A stretch of DNA of 64,000 nt from assembly GCA_964106645.2 (NCBI GenBank), contig OZ067046.1. One strand, 5' to 3'. Under the pieces are notes generated by a model. It was not told the origin of the DNA. It made no database searches and was given only the letters and a program-made list of their open reading frames with translations. The DNA comes from Podarcis pityusensis. Taxonomy: Eukaryota. The translations under genes and the position numbers were made by a program. This document shows positions 48,076-61,386 of the stretch, one piece after another (position 1 is the stretch's first letter; the number at the start of each line of letters is the position of its first letter).

Positions 48076-50559
48076 GGGTGGGGAAGTTGAAAATCTTCCC
48101 TGTAGTGAATTCGATACATTTCTGATGCAGGGCCAGCACATGCTTTCTGCCAAAGAACACTTACCCATTTGTGCCCTTTTGCAAAACACAGGAAGAGAAG
48201 TTCAAGTCACACATCCTCCATTAGCACTTTCAAAGTAATGCGTGAACTTGCTCTAAAACTTTATTGTTACAGCCAGCTTTAGATGTCAAAGCGAAACCAG
48301 ATAGAGATAATTAAAGCTCATGGCATGCATTATATTTTTTAGTGGATACATTATTCTGTGGGTTTATCTGGTTTTGCTTTAAAAGCATTGTAAGTACCAA
48401 TCCAGAGCCTTCTAAATAAATACATACATAAGGATTGATTAAAACGAGTAATCAGTTTTGCAGCTGCGAGTGTGACATCAATGACTAATTTGCAAAGATT
48501 ATAACATTACATCTACTTAATTTTAGATCGTTGTTAACAATGCAGAAATCCAGTGAGAGCTGCCAAAGGGAACACTTTTAGTTTGGGCACTGAATTAGCA
48601 AATTTGGTGACCCAAATGCAACATCTGGGTTAAAGAGTGACAAATGTAATGATTCCTGGGGTTCTTAAATGTCAACATGACTCTTGGCAGTTATGTTTGA
48701 ATTGATATTTGAAGAGGCTGACCTTGTGAGCCAGGATAAGAAAGTAGGCGTTTTAGAAAGGGAAACACAATCTTTTATTATATAGGCTGGGATTTGCTGC
48801 TATTGTAGATGGTTAGCAATAAAACAATTCAAGATCTACAGTGGCGATTATTCCCTTATCATCATACAGAACCATTCTGAATTCTGGATTATAAATGACC
48901 TATATAATATTTAAAAAAGAGAAGGATGTGGCATTTATTGGGGGATGGTAAAAAATACATGCAACACTTACCGCAGAACCGAAGATTTTGCTTTATCTGA
49001 TCAAAGTAGTAAAGATTTTTGTGTGTGTGGGCAACATCCCTACCATCTCCAGAATAATTGCAATCATCTCACATCACTTGCCACTTTGCATTTGTCTGTA
49101 TTTCGTATTCATTGCTGAATGATCAGTGAATCAGTGTCCAAGGCATTTTTGTGGCAGATTTATTTAAATTTATTGAGCTCTTTAACATCTATCTAGCCTC
49201 AACTACAATAAGCTCTTTATGAATTCCACTTTCCTTGCTCATAACTAAAAGAGGACATTGCACAAGGAATAACAAAACTACAGGCTATGAAAAGTATTAG
49301 GAGAACCCTATGTCAAAACGGACAAAGAAAAGCTGGTATTATGCTATAAAAATAATGGCTTCTCTGTCTCATGGGCAAGGAGAAATAACTTTTCCGCCAC
49401 ATAATAAATTTATTAACCTTCCCGACCTCATCATTCCCACCTTAACTGAGATACAGCATCAAAGACAAGAACATCTGTTTGACAGCAGCATTTTCAAATC
49501 TATTCAGCTTGTTAACAGGCACAATGGCTACAAAGTCTGTAAAAGTTACTGCATCAGCACCACCTTGTGGGAGTTTTCAAAAACTGCTAAATCAAATTGT
49601 ACCACTTGGTTAATAGCGACAGCTAGATGCTGATGCCTACAGACTTTCATAAATGTATTGGAACTGATTATCGAAGGTGTTGATATTTTGAGCTCAGATA
49701 TGCAGCATTACTGAGCCACATGTAGAGTGCTAGGTGAGGACACAATTTATAATCATCTGCAAATAGCTCAAACCCACCCCCATCTTTCTTACTATCACTC
49801 ATTATCACAAGTGATCTTATCTTTTTTGATTTTATGCATCTATATTAAGAACATAATTGTTGCTTTGCTAGATCCTAGCCAAGGTCTATCTTGTCTAGCA
49901 TTCTGTTTTCTACAGAGAGATGACTCTGCCTGCTGAAGTAGAGGACTTGGAAGTGCTGGCTTTCCCCCATTGTTTCTCTGCAGCATCTGATAAGCAGAGA
50001 TATACTTATTCTGCACATGGAGGCTCAATTTAGCTATTATAACCTTGGTGAATCTGTCTAATCCACATACCTATCTGCCACTTTTAAAAAATCCATTGAC
50101 TTTCAAGGGGGGGGGGGAGGAACAGCTTTCATGAACCAGTTGCTGAATCTCGGTTGCCGTCAGAGTTTGATTTAGAGTATTGTACAAGTATATTCCTGTT
50201 ACCCGTCTGTGAGTCCCCTCTAGCCATTGTCTGAGTTTGCTGTCACATCATGGAATAATCATGAACATTTCAATTGTCAAGATGAGTGTGTCAGCAAAGT
50301 AGAACCAACACTGTAGCTTCTGCAAGGGAAGTGGACAGTCAGATTAACCAGCATTAAATCTGCACACAGGACCGGAGAATGGAGGACAATTACAGGAGAG
50401 AAGATCACAATGAGAAGCAGGGACCTGAAGGAAGGTGGGTGAATGGTCAGAAAATCAAGTGGCAGAACAAACAGGGAGGTTGGGGTGGGAAGATGAAGGA
50501 AATAAGAACAGTGGGGAAGGAGCATAGGAAGATCAGTGGTACAGCATCTGCCAGGTAGC

Positions 50560-50683
50560 CAATTTCCAGGTAGGGCTGGGAAAGAAACCTGCCTGAAGCA
50601 CCTGCAGCGTTGCTGCCAGTCAGTGTTAACAATGCTGAGGTAGGTATCCCAATGGTCTGACTCAGTATGAGGCAGCTTTATGC
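50560..50683 (+). mobile_element. Squamate SINE body and tail
   Basis: ccaggtagggctgggaaaga..ctgcctgaa...gctgccagtcagtgt...tggtctgactcagtatgaggcagc; reverse copy at 61518-61660. Confidence 0.65.
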
Positions 50684-51574
50684 TCCTGATAGCTGCAGCA
50701 AGCAGCTATGCTATAAAGCCAGAGGAGAGGAAAGGAAGAAAAATAGGTTTTACTTGTGGAGCCTACGAGGAAAAGTTCCTAAAATCAAATGGATGAAGGA
50801 AAAAGGGAGATTCCAGGACTTGACAACCAAGAGCCGAAACTAGGAATAAGACTGGTTGTGTAGTGCTGCCACGAAAGAGATCAACAAGTAAAGAATGTTT
50901 CAGTATCGGTGTCAAAAGCACAGTGAGCATATCTAGAATTCACATGCTGGTTCAGATGTCCATCTCCCTGCACATCGTGCAATTCAGGAGGCAAAGTATG
51001 ATTTCATAAACAATAACATTAGTTTTTGTGCCCATTTTTATACATCATATGGATGTACAGAAAGAGCTGTCGTTACTTAGCTCATTTAGTTAGTTTCTCT
51101 CTCATAGAACACACACACACCTGTTCTTGCCGACAGGATTAAAAGGCCAATACTGCTGCCATTGGATTATGAGTCTGCTAGAGCACAGGCTGTTTATAGA
51201 AGGTTTAATCAAAGCCAGAGTGTGAAGGAAATTGGTCAATGCGGGTTTTACCGCTCCTCTCGTTTTGGTGACTGACATTCCCCTTTTTGATGGATTTATT
51301 TTGTTTATAGCAAATGAGGCTGCCCTTTCTCCATGAGCTTTCTCAAAAAGCACCACAGAACAGCAAAACATAAAACCCAACGAATGCTTTAAAAAGGAAG
51401 ACAGAGATTTTATCAACAAGTACAATTATAACCACAAGATCTATACATCAAACCATTCCAAATCCATCTCTCACCAGATGCCTTTGAGCGGAAAAATGCA
51501 GATGTGGATAAAGCTTGCCAAAACCCAGACTTCTATAAAATAAGGAAGCTGCAGATTCCAAAGCTAGAAAATGT

Positions 51575-51576
<2 letters not shown>

Positions 51577-51610
<34 letters not shown>
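51577..51610. repeat. (AC)n microsatellite
   Basis: Direct reading. Confidence 0.95.
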
Positions 51611-51613
<3 letters not shown>

Positions 51614-53410
51614 TGTTAGAAATCTGCTTCCTATTTAAAACTGGGTAGGAAAAAGGGAGAAATGATCATATTTCTTCTGGTTTTCAATGCTGGAAAAGAA
51701 GTGGTCACACAGACAACCAAGTTAGAGATATCAGGTTTGCTGAACATAGAACAGCTGGTTCTATAGGAAAATGTAGCGAACTGGTACACATCAATTACTG
51801 CTTCAGCAGGCTTCTGACATCAGGAAAATATTATGAGCTCAAACTAGAGAAAGGTATGCACATGAAAATCACACTAAAATCATTTCCAGCAATGTGGATG
51901 ATATTTTATTGGTCGCAATCCTGCCTAGTTGGTTGTGTTTATATTTCATTGAATCTCGTGGGACAAAGGAATCTCTAACTTTTGAATGTGTGAAGTGTTA
52001 ATACACAAATCAAAGGGACACTTTAAAAACACATTTGCAGGGATAGCACACAGCTGTATACATGCCTAGGTTCGTAATGAAAGTATGTACTTGGAACACA
52101 ACCCGTTGTGTAGTCAAATATACTTCCACAGGCTGTAGAAGTGTGCTTAACTCTTGTGTTGGATTGTGACCTTGTTTCTCTACTAATCCTAAACAGGATT
52201 TCCAAAAAGATGGAATCATGAAGCACTTATTGACAAGGACACTGCAAAAGGAAATACAGTAGCATTGTTATTGGCTTAGTAACAGTTCCATAGACAGATC
52301 AAAATCAGGTATCAGACTGCCATTCTTACAGGCAGAGCAAAGGCATAACTTTAATAAATAACAGCTTCAAAGAAAGCACTTACTAGTTTTAGGTTCCAGA
52401 AACTATAGTTTTGGGCAATAGAGACTATATTGCAACTGTTAGATTGGGTCAGCAAACAACAGCTCAAGTGCAAACTCATGAAAATGTACTTTGCATTTTA
52501 CATTCATTCTGCCTAATTTTCCAAGCTTTATTCCACACGGATGGATTAGATCTTTTCTAAAACATTTCCCTAAGCTATTTAGGCTCTTAAACAAATCAAG
52601 TCATAAAACTACTGATCAGCTTCTTTGTTTAAAGTTAGCTTCAAATACTTATCAAGCATAAAAGAAATTGCAATAAAGAGTTTGCAGTGGTAAAATAACA
52701 TCCATTCTCCCTAGAGCAACGTAATTTCAATAGAACGTTTTTTGCCATTTTAGGGTGGACAGGGCAATCTATTTGCTGCTCTCCCGTTTTGCTGAAGCCA
52801 GATCATGCTATTAAAAAACTGCCGGAAAGTTTATTTCACTAATAAAGATACAAAGCCATCTGCAACTTTTCAGGTATTCTTATTTTGGTACAATGCAGTT
52901 GCACGCTCTCCCATTTATCCAAGAACTCTTTTTTTCAGTTATACTACAAAGGCACAATTATCAACACCCTGGCGCCCATGTTTATCTCTTGTGTATACTA
53001 CTTATCTCTCCTGTCTCCCAATTCATTTTGAAGAACAGCAACCTTTCTCTGCCCCTTCAGCATCACTTATGGCTATCATCATCTGACTAGACTGGTCTCT
53101 GTTGCTAACCAGAGTGAAGATCTTTATTTATGTTTTTGTTAATTGCCCCATATGGATTTTTTTTTTATAGAAGATCAAGTGCAGTTGAAAACATTTAAGT
53201 TATCTGCATACATTTAAGGCAGTTAAAAATTGACAATGAGTCCAACACTCCCCTCTCCAGGTACTGCACTTGTTTCTTCTTTTATTTGCTAATGAACACT
53301 TAATATACAGTGTCATCAGACATTCCCCTACAACTCCCAAGATTCCTTTCTCCATCAGTAATTTAGAATCTTCCTTGATATAATTACTCGTTTGGTTTTC
53401 TGTTGTGTTA

Positions 53411-53762
53411 AAAAGGTAAAGGGACCCCTGACCATTAAGTCCAGTCGTGACCGACTCTGGGGTTGCGGCACTCATCTCGCTTTATTGGCCGAGGGAGCCA
53501 GCGTACAGCTTCTGGGTCATGTGGTCAGTATGCCTAAGCCGCTTCTGGCGAACCAGAGCAGCACGTGGAAACGCTGTTTACCTTCCTGCCGGAGCGGTAC
53601 CTATTTATCTACTTGCACTTTGACATGCTTTCGAACTGCTAGGTTGGCAGGAGCAGGGACCGAGCAACGGGAGCTTACCCTGTTGCGGGGATTCAAACTG
53701 CCGACCTTCTGATCGGCAAGTCCTAGACTTTGTGGTTTAACCCACAGCACCACCTGCGTCCC
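53411..53762 (-). mobile_element. Sauria SINE, full length
   Basis: Minus strand begins GGGACGCAGGTGGTGCTGTGGGTTAAACC and ends in an ACCTTT tail; 13-bp TSD TTCTGTTGT(G/A)TTA. Confidence 0.93.
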
Positions 53763-55044
53763 TTCTGTTGTATTACCACTTTATATATACTTTCGTTTGC
53801 CATTTGACCACCCAATAATTACACATTATATGGAACATGGCTATTTTTAAAAATAAAAAATTGTATACTCTTTACATTTTAATTGTCTTCAACAATTCAT
53901 ATTATGACAAGCAGATCAGCGGTGGTGCTAATTGCAGAATTAAACCCAAGCAGACATACATCTGCACAGGATTGTGGCCTCTGAAAGCTAGCAAAAGTTT
54001 CAAGATAGTATGGTAGGCCAATAGTCACATCCAAGTAACTTGGTGGGAAAAAACCATTTCATCCAAAGAGCTGGAATGGACTTGGGCCAAAGTTGAAGCC
54101 AAGGAATGATGTTTCAAGAGACAATTATGAAGTAGGGACACAGGGGTGAGAAGACAGGGGCAAAATCAAATGAACAGACTGGAGCAGGTGAGAAGGACCA
54201 TGGACAAGTATCAGTGTCAGACAGGAACCAAGACAATACAGATATGTAGACCAGATAGGGATGATTCTTGCATTGATTAAAGGAGGAGGAAAAAATCAGG
54301 AACTTCAAAGGAAGAAGAGTTTTATTTTACAGTATTTGAATTCATCTCAGATACTGTGGAGACACATTCTCATTTATTTCCAAGATGTACCAGATTTTTC
54401 TTTTGAAGTAAAAGGCATATTAGGTAACCATGTTTCAGACTGATAATAGCAGGCCTGAAGCCTAAATATTCTGCTTGTCCTAGAGGGGATTTCCAGATAT
54501 ACAGCCTAAAATCCACTGAATTAACACAATACTACTGGAAACAAAAGAAGTTTATAAACTGAAAACTTTTTTCTGTACGAAATAAAAACTAAAAAGCAAG
54601 AACCGTATTCAAAAGCTGTGGTCAACCATTTCCCCTACCCCAAACAATGGGGAGACATCACTGTCACTTACAGCAATAGACGCTATTAAATTCCCTGTGA
54701 AATATTGCATCCAATGAAACCTCTGTATAGTTTTGCAATGAGAAATATAGTGCTAAAGCTGTTTGAAATTGAAGAATTAGAGCTGTCTGCACATAATTTT
54801 TTTTTAATTGGTTAAACTTAATTTAGCTAATTGATTTGCATAGACCACAGGAATATTACCAATAAATATTTTTTACTGAGATAATAAAAAATGTGACAGA
54901 CAGCTTACAAATTATCAGCCCTATGAGAGTGAAGTGACCACCTTTGTTGGCAGGTGTTGGTAGGAAGAGGCAGGAAAATGGCACTTGGGGCTCCCTCATC
55001 TTCCCATCCCCCACTTCCACAGGCCTAGTTCCATCCTCCTAAGC

Positions 55045-55060
55045 TGGCACCTGGTGGCAG
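55045..55060 (-). promoter_or_regulatory. CTCF-like motif
   Basis: Minus strand CTGCCACCAGGTGCCA, close to the CTCF core; motif match only. Confidence 0.25.
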
Positions 55061-56840
55061 AGAGACTGGCTTTTCGCAGACCTGGGTTGGTGCTGTGCTC
55101 TCTCCCCTAATCTGCTTCAACTAGAGCCTCACCAACAACACTTTTGAGAAAGGCCCCTGTCTGATAAAGCAGGCAAAGAGTCAGGCCATGTGTTCTAGCA
55201 GGCTCACATGATACATACTGGTGCTGCCACTGCTGTGCTGAAACCATTTTTGGGGGTAGGCAGCAAGCAGGCATCAACTGGAATGGTGCAGAGATAGCAG
55301 CAACATGTTGGATGGCAGTGCTGTGTGTTTCAAGGGACCTGCCTTAAGTGCCCTGTGCTAACCTGTTCTTCTTAGGTATGGTGGAGGGTGCACTGAAGCA
55401 AGATCAAACTCCCAGTGTATTTAGCTTCTGCACATGCATATTTGTAGACTATAAGTACAAGTCATCACAATGCATTATAAGAAAGCCACGCTTTTGGGGG
55501 GAAAATTCAAAATGACTACTAACTGAAATATTCTGTTTGATACTATTTTTTGGCAAATGCTTCTAAACCCAGGAAATCAAAGAGCAAATAAATGATTGGG
55601 CACTTCTTATCATACACAGTTCATAAAACATAAAAAAAATCATAAAACATAAAAAGAAGGGTGATATTTTCTTTTGCCAAATGACACCTTTTGATCTGCA
55701 AATCACACATCAAACTGTATAACAGGAAAGCATGAATAACTGAACTGTGTAACAAAATTGTTTAAAGTCACTCTGTTTTCAAATGAATGTGTCCACTTAT
55801 AAAGCACCCTTTATGATGCACTATGTTATTTAGTTTTAAGGAGGAACCCCAATTTTGTTATTTCCAGTCAAATAAGTGGCAGGTATTTCTGCATGAATCC
55901 AGCCTGCCTTGACATTGCTTTACAACTACAGTCTCAGGAAAATGTTATTCAAAGTATATTTATTAGAATAATTATTTCTACTAATACACTCTTCACATCT
56001 TTTTTTACTTATTAAATAAACCGAACCACCTCACCAGTACCTTGAATTTTACACATTGTAACATTCTAAACTCTTTAGATACATTTGTTCCACCACATTT
56101 TTTTTCCTAAAACTCAGTGAAGACAAGAGGATTCAGCCTTGCATAAATGCATTTATTCTCATGTTTTCCTTTCTTTATACATGTGATTAATCGATGTAGC
56201 CACTGTAGCATATTCATACTTGTTTTGTTCTTGTTCTTTTCTAGTTGGTATATAAATTGCTCAATATTAAAAAAAAATCAGGTGGCTCTTCTAATCACAA
56301 TAATAGTATTTTAAAATATTGAGGGAATGAAAAATTTTGTTCACAGGGAGTGCACGAAGTACAAAAAGCATGTCACTCTCATCTTCAAGCGAAGTACTGT
56401 TAGGGTGCTATAAGTGGAAGGGGATGCTCCTGCTGGTGGGTGGCGAGAGAAACCTTGATCCTGATGAAAATCATGCTGCAGAATATGGACTACTGATGTA
56501 TGAATCAAAAGTAATCTGAAGACAGAGGCCAAATTGAAGTCACCATTGTTTTCTAACAGTACAAGTGTAATATAAAACCAGTCGGTTCTCCCATGTGTTG
56601 GAAAGCCATGTCCCACTATAGGGACATATCACCACATGTTGTGGGAGTGTCAAAAAATAGAAACATTCTGGAAAAAATGTATGCACAGAAATATATTTGA
56701 TGACAAGGCAGACAGTCCCCATGACCCTAGGACTCACTGCACTTAACTTGCATGGTCAGGATATGTTGCAAATTTGAAATAAAGAACTAATGACACCTCT
56801 ATTAACCTATATTAACATAACACATCTATTAATCTATTAA

Positions 56841-57470
56841 TTCAGTGTGTGGTGGCCATGAAGAAGGCAAATACCATGCTAGGGATCATTAGTAAAAGAA
56901 ATGAAAATAAAATTGCTAATAGCACAATGACATTATACAAGTCTAATGTGCAACCACATTTGAAGTACATTTCTGGTCACCTCACCTCAAAAAGGATATT
57001 ATAGAGTTGGATATTATAGAGTCAGAAAAGGGCCACCAAAATGACCAAGGGGAAGCAGCGACTCCACTATGAAGAAAGGTAGCAGCATTTGGGACTTTTC
57101 AGTTTAGAGAAAAGGCAAGTAACAAGCAACATGATAGAAGTTTATAAAATTATGCATGGTATGGAGAAAGTGAATAGAGAAAAGCTTTCCTCCCTTTCTT
57201 ATAACACTAGAACTTGCACAGATCCAATGAATCTTAGAAAGATTCAGAACAGATGAAAGAAAGTACTTCTTCCTGGAGGAGGGGGCTATTGAAGGCTAAT
57301 AGCCTTGATGGCCATGCTCTACCTCCACAGTTGGAGGTGGCAATGTTTCTGAATACCAGTTGCTGGAAACCACAGGAGGGGACAGTGCCCAAATCCTGCT
57401 TGCAGATTTCCCACAGGCACTTGGTTGGCTCCTGTGAGAACAGGATGCTGGACGAGATGGGTCAATGGCT
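56841..57470 (+). mobile_element. CR1 LINE 3' fragment (ORF2 C-terminus plus 3' UTR)
   Basis: QCVVAMKKANTMLGII...LYKSNVQPHL..WSPHLKKDI...QKRATKM, then a 3' UTR ending aacaggatgctggac.agatgg. Confidence 0.88.
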
Positions 57471-58947
57471 CGGTGTACAACCATTTCACATGTTGGGCAC
57501 ATTTATGTTTGCAACCAGAACATATGCACTGCATGCAATTGAGTCAGGTGTAAACTTTCTCCTGAGAAAGGATTTCTGTGTTAAAGTCAGATTCTGCCTC
57601 ATTATATAGAAGGTGAAATTTTGGAAGTTTAATCATTCATCATCCTGCCGGTCATACACAGTGTTGGTACAGCCGATTCACAATATCTCTTTTGCCGCTA
57701 TTCTATAGGGTTCAATGTGAGCTGTTTAGTCATTTTCAGCAAATTTTAATGCATGTGTGTTCAGTGCTTTTATTGGCACTATCCTTCTGAAAACCAGTCT
57801 TTTATTAAACACCGTGGAACACAATCAGTCCTACGTCTTCGATGAAGAATGAGGGAGCAACCCCCCCCCAATATTAGCAATAACAGTTATTATCTTATTT
57901 TCCACACAAACCTTTCTGCTGCTAAACAAAAACAGTGTCAAGAAGCACTTTGCCACACTGCATGAAAAGCCCAAAAAGTATCAAACAACAATAACTTTTG
58001 ACAAAATGTGAACAAATACAAAAGCAGGGATGAAACAAACCTTCATGGCTTTCATTATCAGAAGTGAAACATCACTTACTTGCAACTGTGCCTTGAATGC
58101 AGCAACAGGTTATATTGAATTGTAATATTTTTAAAGGCTACCTGAAGTACGAGATACTGTGCAACTTGCACAATACCAAGCTAAGGATTTAAATGGGGCA
58201 CAAAGTCTGGCAATGGTATGGTACACTGTGTAAACAGCAAACACTTAAAAATAAATTAAGAAGAGGGAATTGGAAGGATGTGTCACCTGTGTGCCTATGT
58301 ACAAAATAAAAATAAGAAAATAGCACAAGGCTACCTGATCACCAGCAAGTCAGGAACAAATAAAGCAAAATTAAGCCAACTCTCTGTGCTTTTAATAGGA
58401 ACAATGCACAACAATTGCTAGGATCCAAACCAGCATGGGAAATAACTAGTCAGCAATTCCTACCCAACTTTTGTAGATATATATCGAAAAATGCAGCATT
58501 TTTTTCCCTCAGTGAGGCACAAATGTCTATGCAAACAAGAGTGAAGTTTTCATATGTCCCTAGTGAAAAGTAAATGCTATTAATCAATACTATGTATCTC
58601 TGCTAAACATACAAGCTCCAATAACTGCATGTTTCTAAAGAAGCAAGGGAAATAAATAAATAGAAAATTAAACCTAGATTTCAATTTGGCTTCTATTCAG
58701 TTTCTTTCGGATGAGTGTGCCCAAAAATCAAACCATGTCTGCCAGATGTTGAGAGAAATTGTGGGGCAGGGGTGGAATGCATATGCAAGCCCACAGTTCT
58801 GGCAAGGAGAAAAGAGGAGTATAGTGAGGCTGAAATGATTCTTAGAGGATAAAAGAGGTTAATCTGGTCACTTTGGCAGGAAGGTGTGGGGATGGGAACA
58901 TGCTAAGGCAGCTTGGTGACCCTTTTAGGCTCCCTTAGGGGTGATTG

Positions 58948-59045
58948 CAAGAGGCAGTGGAAGACAGAAGTGCCTGGCGTGCTCTGGTCCATGGGGTCAC
59001 GAAGAGTTGGACACAACTAAACGACGAAACAACAACAACAACAAC
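58948..59045 (+). mobile_element. BovB/RTE LINE extreme 3' end, 98 bp
   Basis: gcctggcgtgct..ggtccatggggtcac.aagagt.ggacac.act motif with a (CAA)n tail; perfect 11-bp TSD AGGGGTGATTG. Confidence 0.85.
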
Positions 59046-59928
59046 AGGGGTGATTGGTGGTGCGTGAGGTCTGCATCTAAGGGATGTATGGTCTGGGATG
59101 AGGATAAGGGCCGCTTCTGAGGTTGACCTGCCTCACCAATGCAGAGTTGCAGGTCCCTGGGGGGTAGTGATGAGAGAAGGTCTCCTTACTCACCTTCAGG
59201 GTGTGGCTGGGCTCAGGGGTAGCCAGATATGGTTCCCTGGGCCCAGCAGGGGTTTGGTTGCCCTTAATGCTGCAGCATTTTCAAAAAGACAAGCAGCTCC
59301 CACACCCATAGTTTTCCTCTGCTGGTTTGGTTTTATATAAATATTCCCTTATTCAACCCAGCTATACATCTCTGTGTGTTTATTTGGAAGCAATGCTGTT
59401 TTGCTATCAGACATGCACATACTTTGTCAAGAAGGAAGTCTTGTTCCGTAGACTATTCCATTTCTACAGTATTTTCAGAATATGAAAACTACCAACGTAT
59501 ACTTATTTGGAGATCAATTGAGTGACATATTTTGTCATAAGGAGATTCTTGCACAGTTCAAATGGCCAAGAGAATTAGCCCTCGGCATTGTTATCTGATC
59601 ATTCAGTTCAAGGTGACAAACATTTAACCACTGAGGAGTTTAATGACATTCACAACAAGTCAGACCAACAGCCTACACTTGCATGTCCTCTGCCTGCTAT
59701 TGGAGAATCAATTCTAGAATCAAGTTCAGCAGGGGAGGCACTTGGTAGCCACTTAAGGCCGGAGCTGATCTTGTAGTGTAATATCACTATAAATAATCCT
59801 GCAGTGCTACAGTTCCCACCAGTCTCTGTAATGGATAAAAGAGGTGAAGGGAGCCAGGAAGTCAGGAACTAGCCACATAGTCTAATCTAGATTAGGATAG
59901 ATTATTTAGTCTAATCTAGAGATTAGAC

Positions 59929-60064
59929 CAGGCTTCCTCAACCTCGGCCCTCCAGATGTTTTTGGCCTACAACTCCCATGATTTCTAGCTAGCAGGGCCA
60001 GTGGTCAGGGATGATGGGAATTGTAGTCTCAAAACATCTGGAGGTCCGAAGGTGAGGAAGCCTG
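59929..60064. mobile_element. Short hAT-Charlie-like MITE, young copy, 136 bp
   Basis: TIRs CAGGCTTCCTCA / TGAGGAAGCCTG; perfect 8-bp TSD GATTAGAC. Confidence 0.92.
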
Positions 60065-60699
60065 GATTAGACTAACTGTTACTGGAACAAATAAGTTAAA
60101 ACTATTCACTCTCTAAAGAGAATTGTTAAACAAACCCAAGAGACACAAAAATTCCCACATGGACAACAATGCTACAAACCAACTGAGGACTTTGACTTGG
60201 AGACTCTAATAATACAAGGCAACATTTATATGGCACCAGTAGAAATGACAGGAGGTAGGATCACAAAGCAGCATTTTGACAACTATGAGAAAGATAATTA
60301 TGCACCTTTCTGAACATCACTTTCCTTGTCGCCACAGCTGGCACAGGTTATATTATAGGCTCCATGGATATATTATAATTTATTTATCAAGGTTGTTCAA
60401 ATGTGCATGGGGATGCAGATTTGTCTCTGCACCACCAACAAAAACGCAACATTTCTGTTGCAAGGATATTGGTGGCATGTGTCAGACCCCCCCCCCCATC
60501 ACAAACACATGCCATGGCATTATTTAAACTTTTTATTTGTTTTATTTTATTTAGAAAGTGAGTGCTCCCAGTCTTTCCTTGACAGTCATTACCAAATGCA
60601 CCTTTATGTTCTGTTTATAGAATCTAGAGTACTTTGTGAATGAAAAATTATGTTCAAGCTCTGTAGTTTCATACCAGAAATGTTAGAAATACTGATACT

Positions 60700-61375
60700 G
60701 AGCAGACACACTCAAGAAACCATTTTCTGTTTTTAAGAGGTCTATAAAAGGGATGTAGTTTCCATTAAATAATTGGTTTTACAACAACAAAGAGCATCTA
60801 GTTTGCTAAGTAGGAAAATGACGCTTATTTCACTGTGTAAGAAAGTCATTGGGTCCTATCAGACACCAAAAAATACACTAAATCAAACAGCACTAAATGT
60901 CTTGCCATCCCAGATCCCTAGGATTCCAAACAACGATGCAAAGAGGATGGGGGAAGCAATAGTAGGACAAATGCACACTTCAGCGGCATAACCTTACACA
61001 CAGAAGTACAAAGGTGAAAGAAAGGACAGCTCTGAAAAGGAATCAAGATTTCCTTCAAGAAATATGCTAGGAATCTAGAGGTGAAAAGCACAAAGAACTC
61101 AATTATCTTCAGCAGCTGACTGATCTGCTTTTTCTTCCTTGACATCCAGAATTAATGACCTTAATTTTGAGCTTCAAGATGTGAGGAAAGGGGAACCTGA
61201 CAGAAACGTCTGGACCATTAAGTGCCTTCAAAATGAACTTATGTAGTCCTAGAAACACTCTTTTCATTACTTTTCTAGCACTGGAAGAAAACAATTGAGA
61301 GAATAAGTTGTGATTGGGGTGAATTCTTTCGAAAACCATGAAAGATTTTCCAAATTTACCAGTGTCAAAGCAATG
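60700..61375 (+). pseudogene. Decayed hAT transposase fragment (Charlie/SPIN/GTF2IRD2-like)
   Basis: Ordered motifs across frameshifts: ASSLLSRK..LISLCKK; LHTEVQR*KKGQ (cf. HTEVRWLSRG); LKRNQDFLQEI..ESRG; LTDL..FLDI; NDLNFELQ; AFKMNL; ERFSKF. Confidence 0.65.
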
Positions 61376-61383
61376 TGGTGTCT

Positions 61384-61386
<3 letters not shown>

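Noticed and set aside
58736-59413. Possible solo LTR (TGTCTG...CAGACA) hosting the BovB fragment
   Set aside because: No TSD found; boundaries unsupported.
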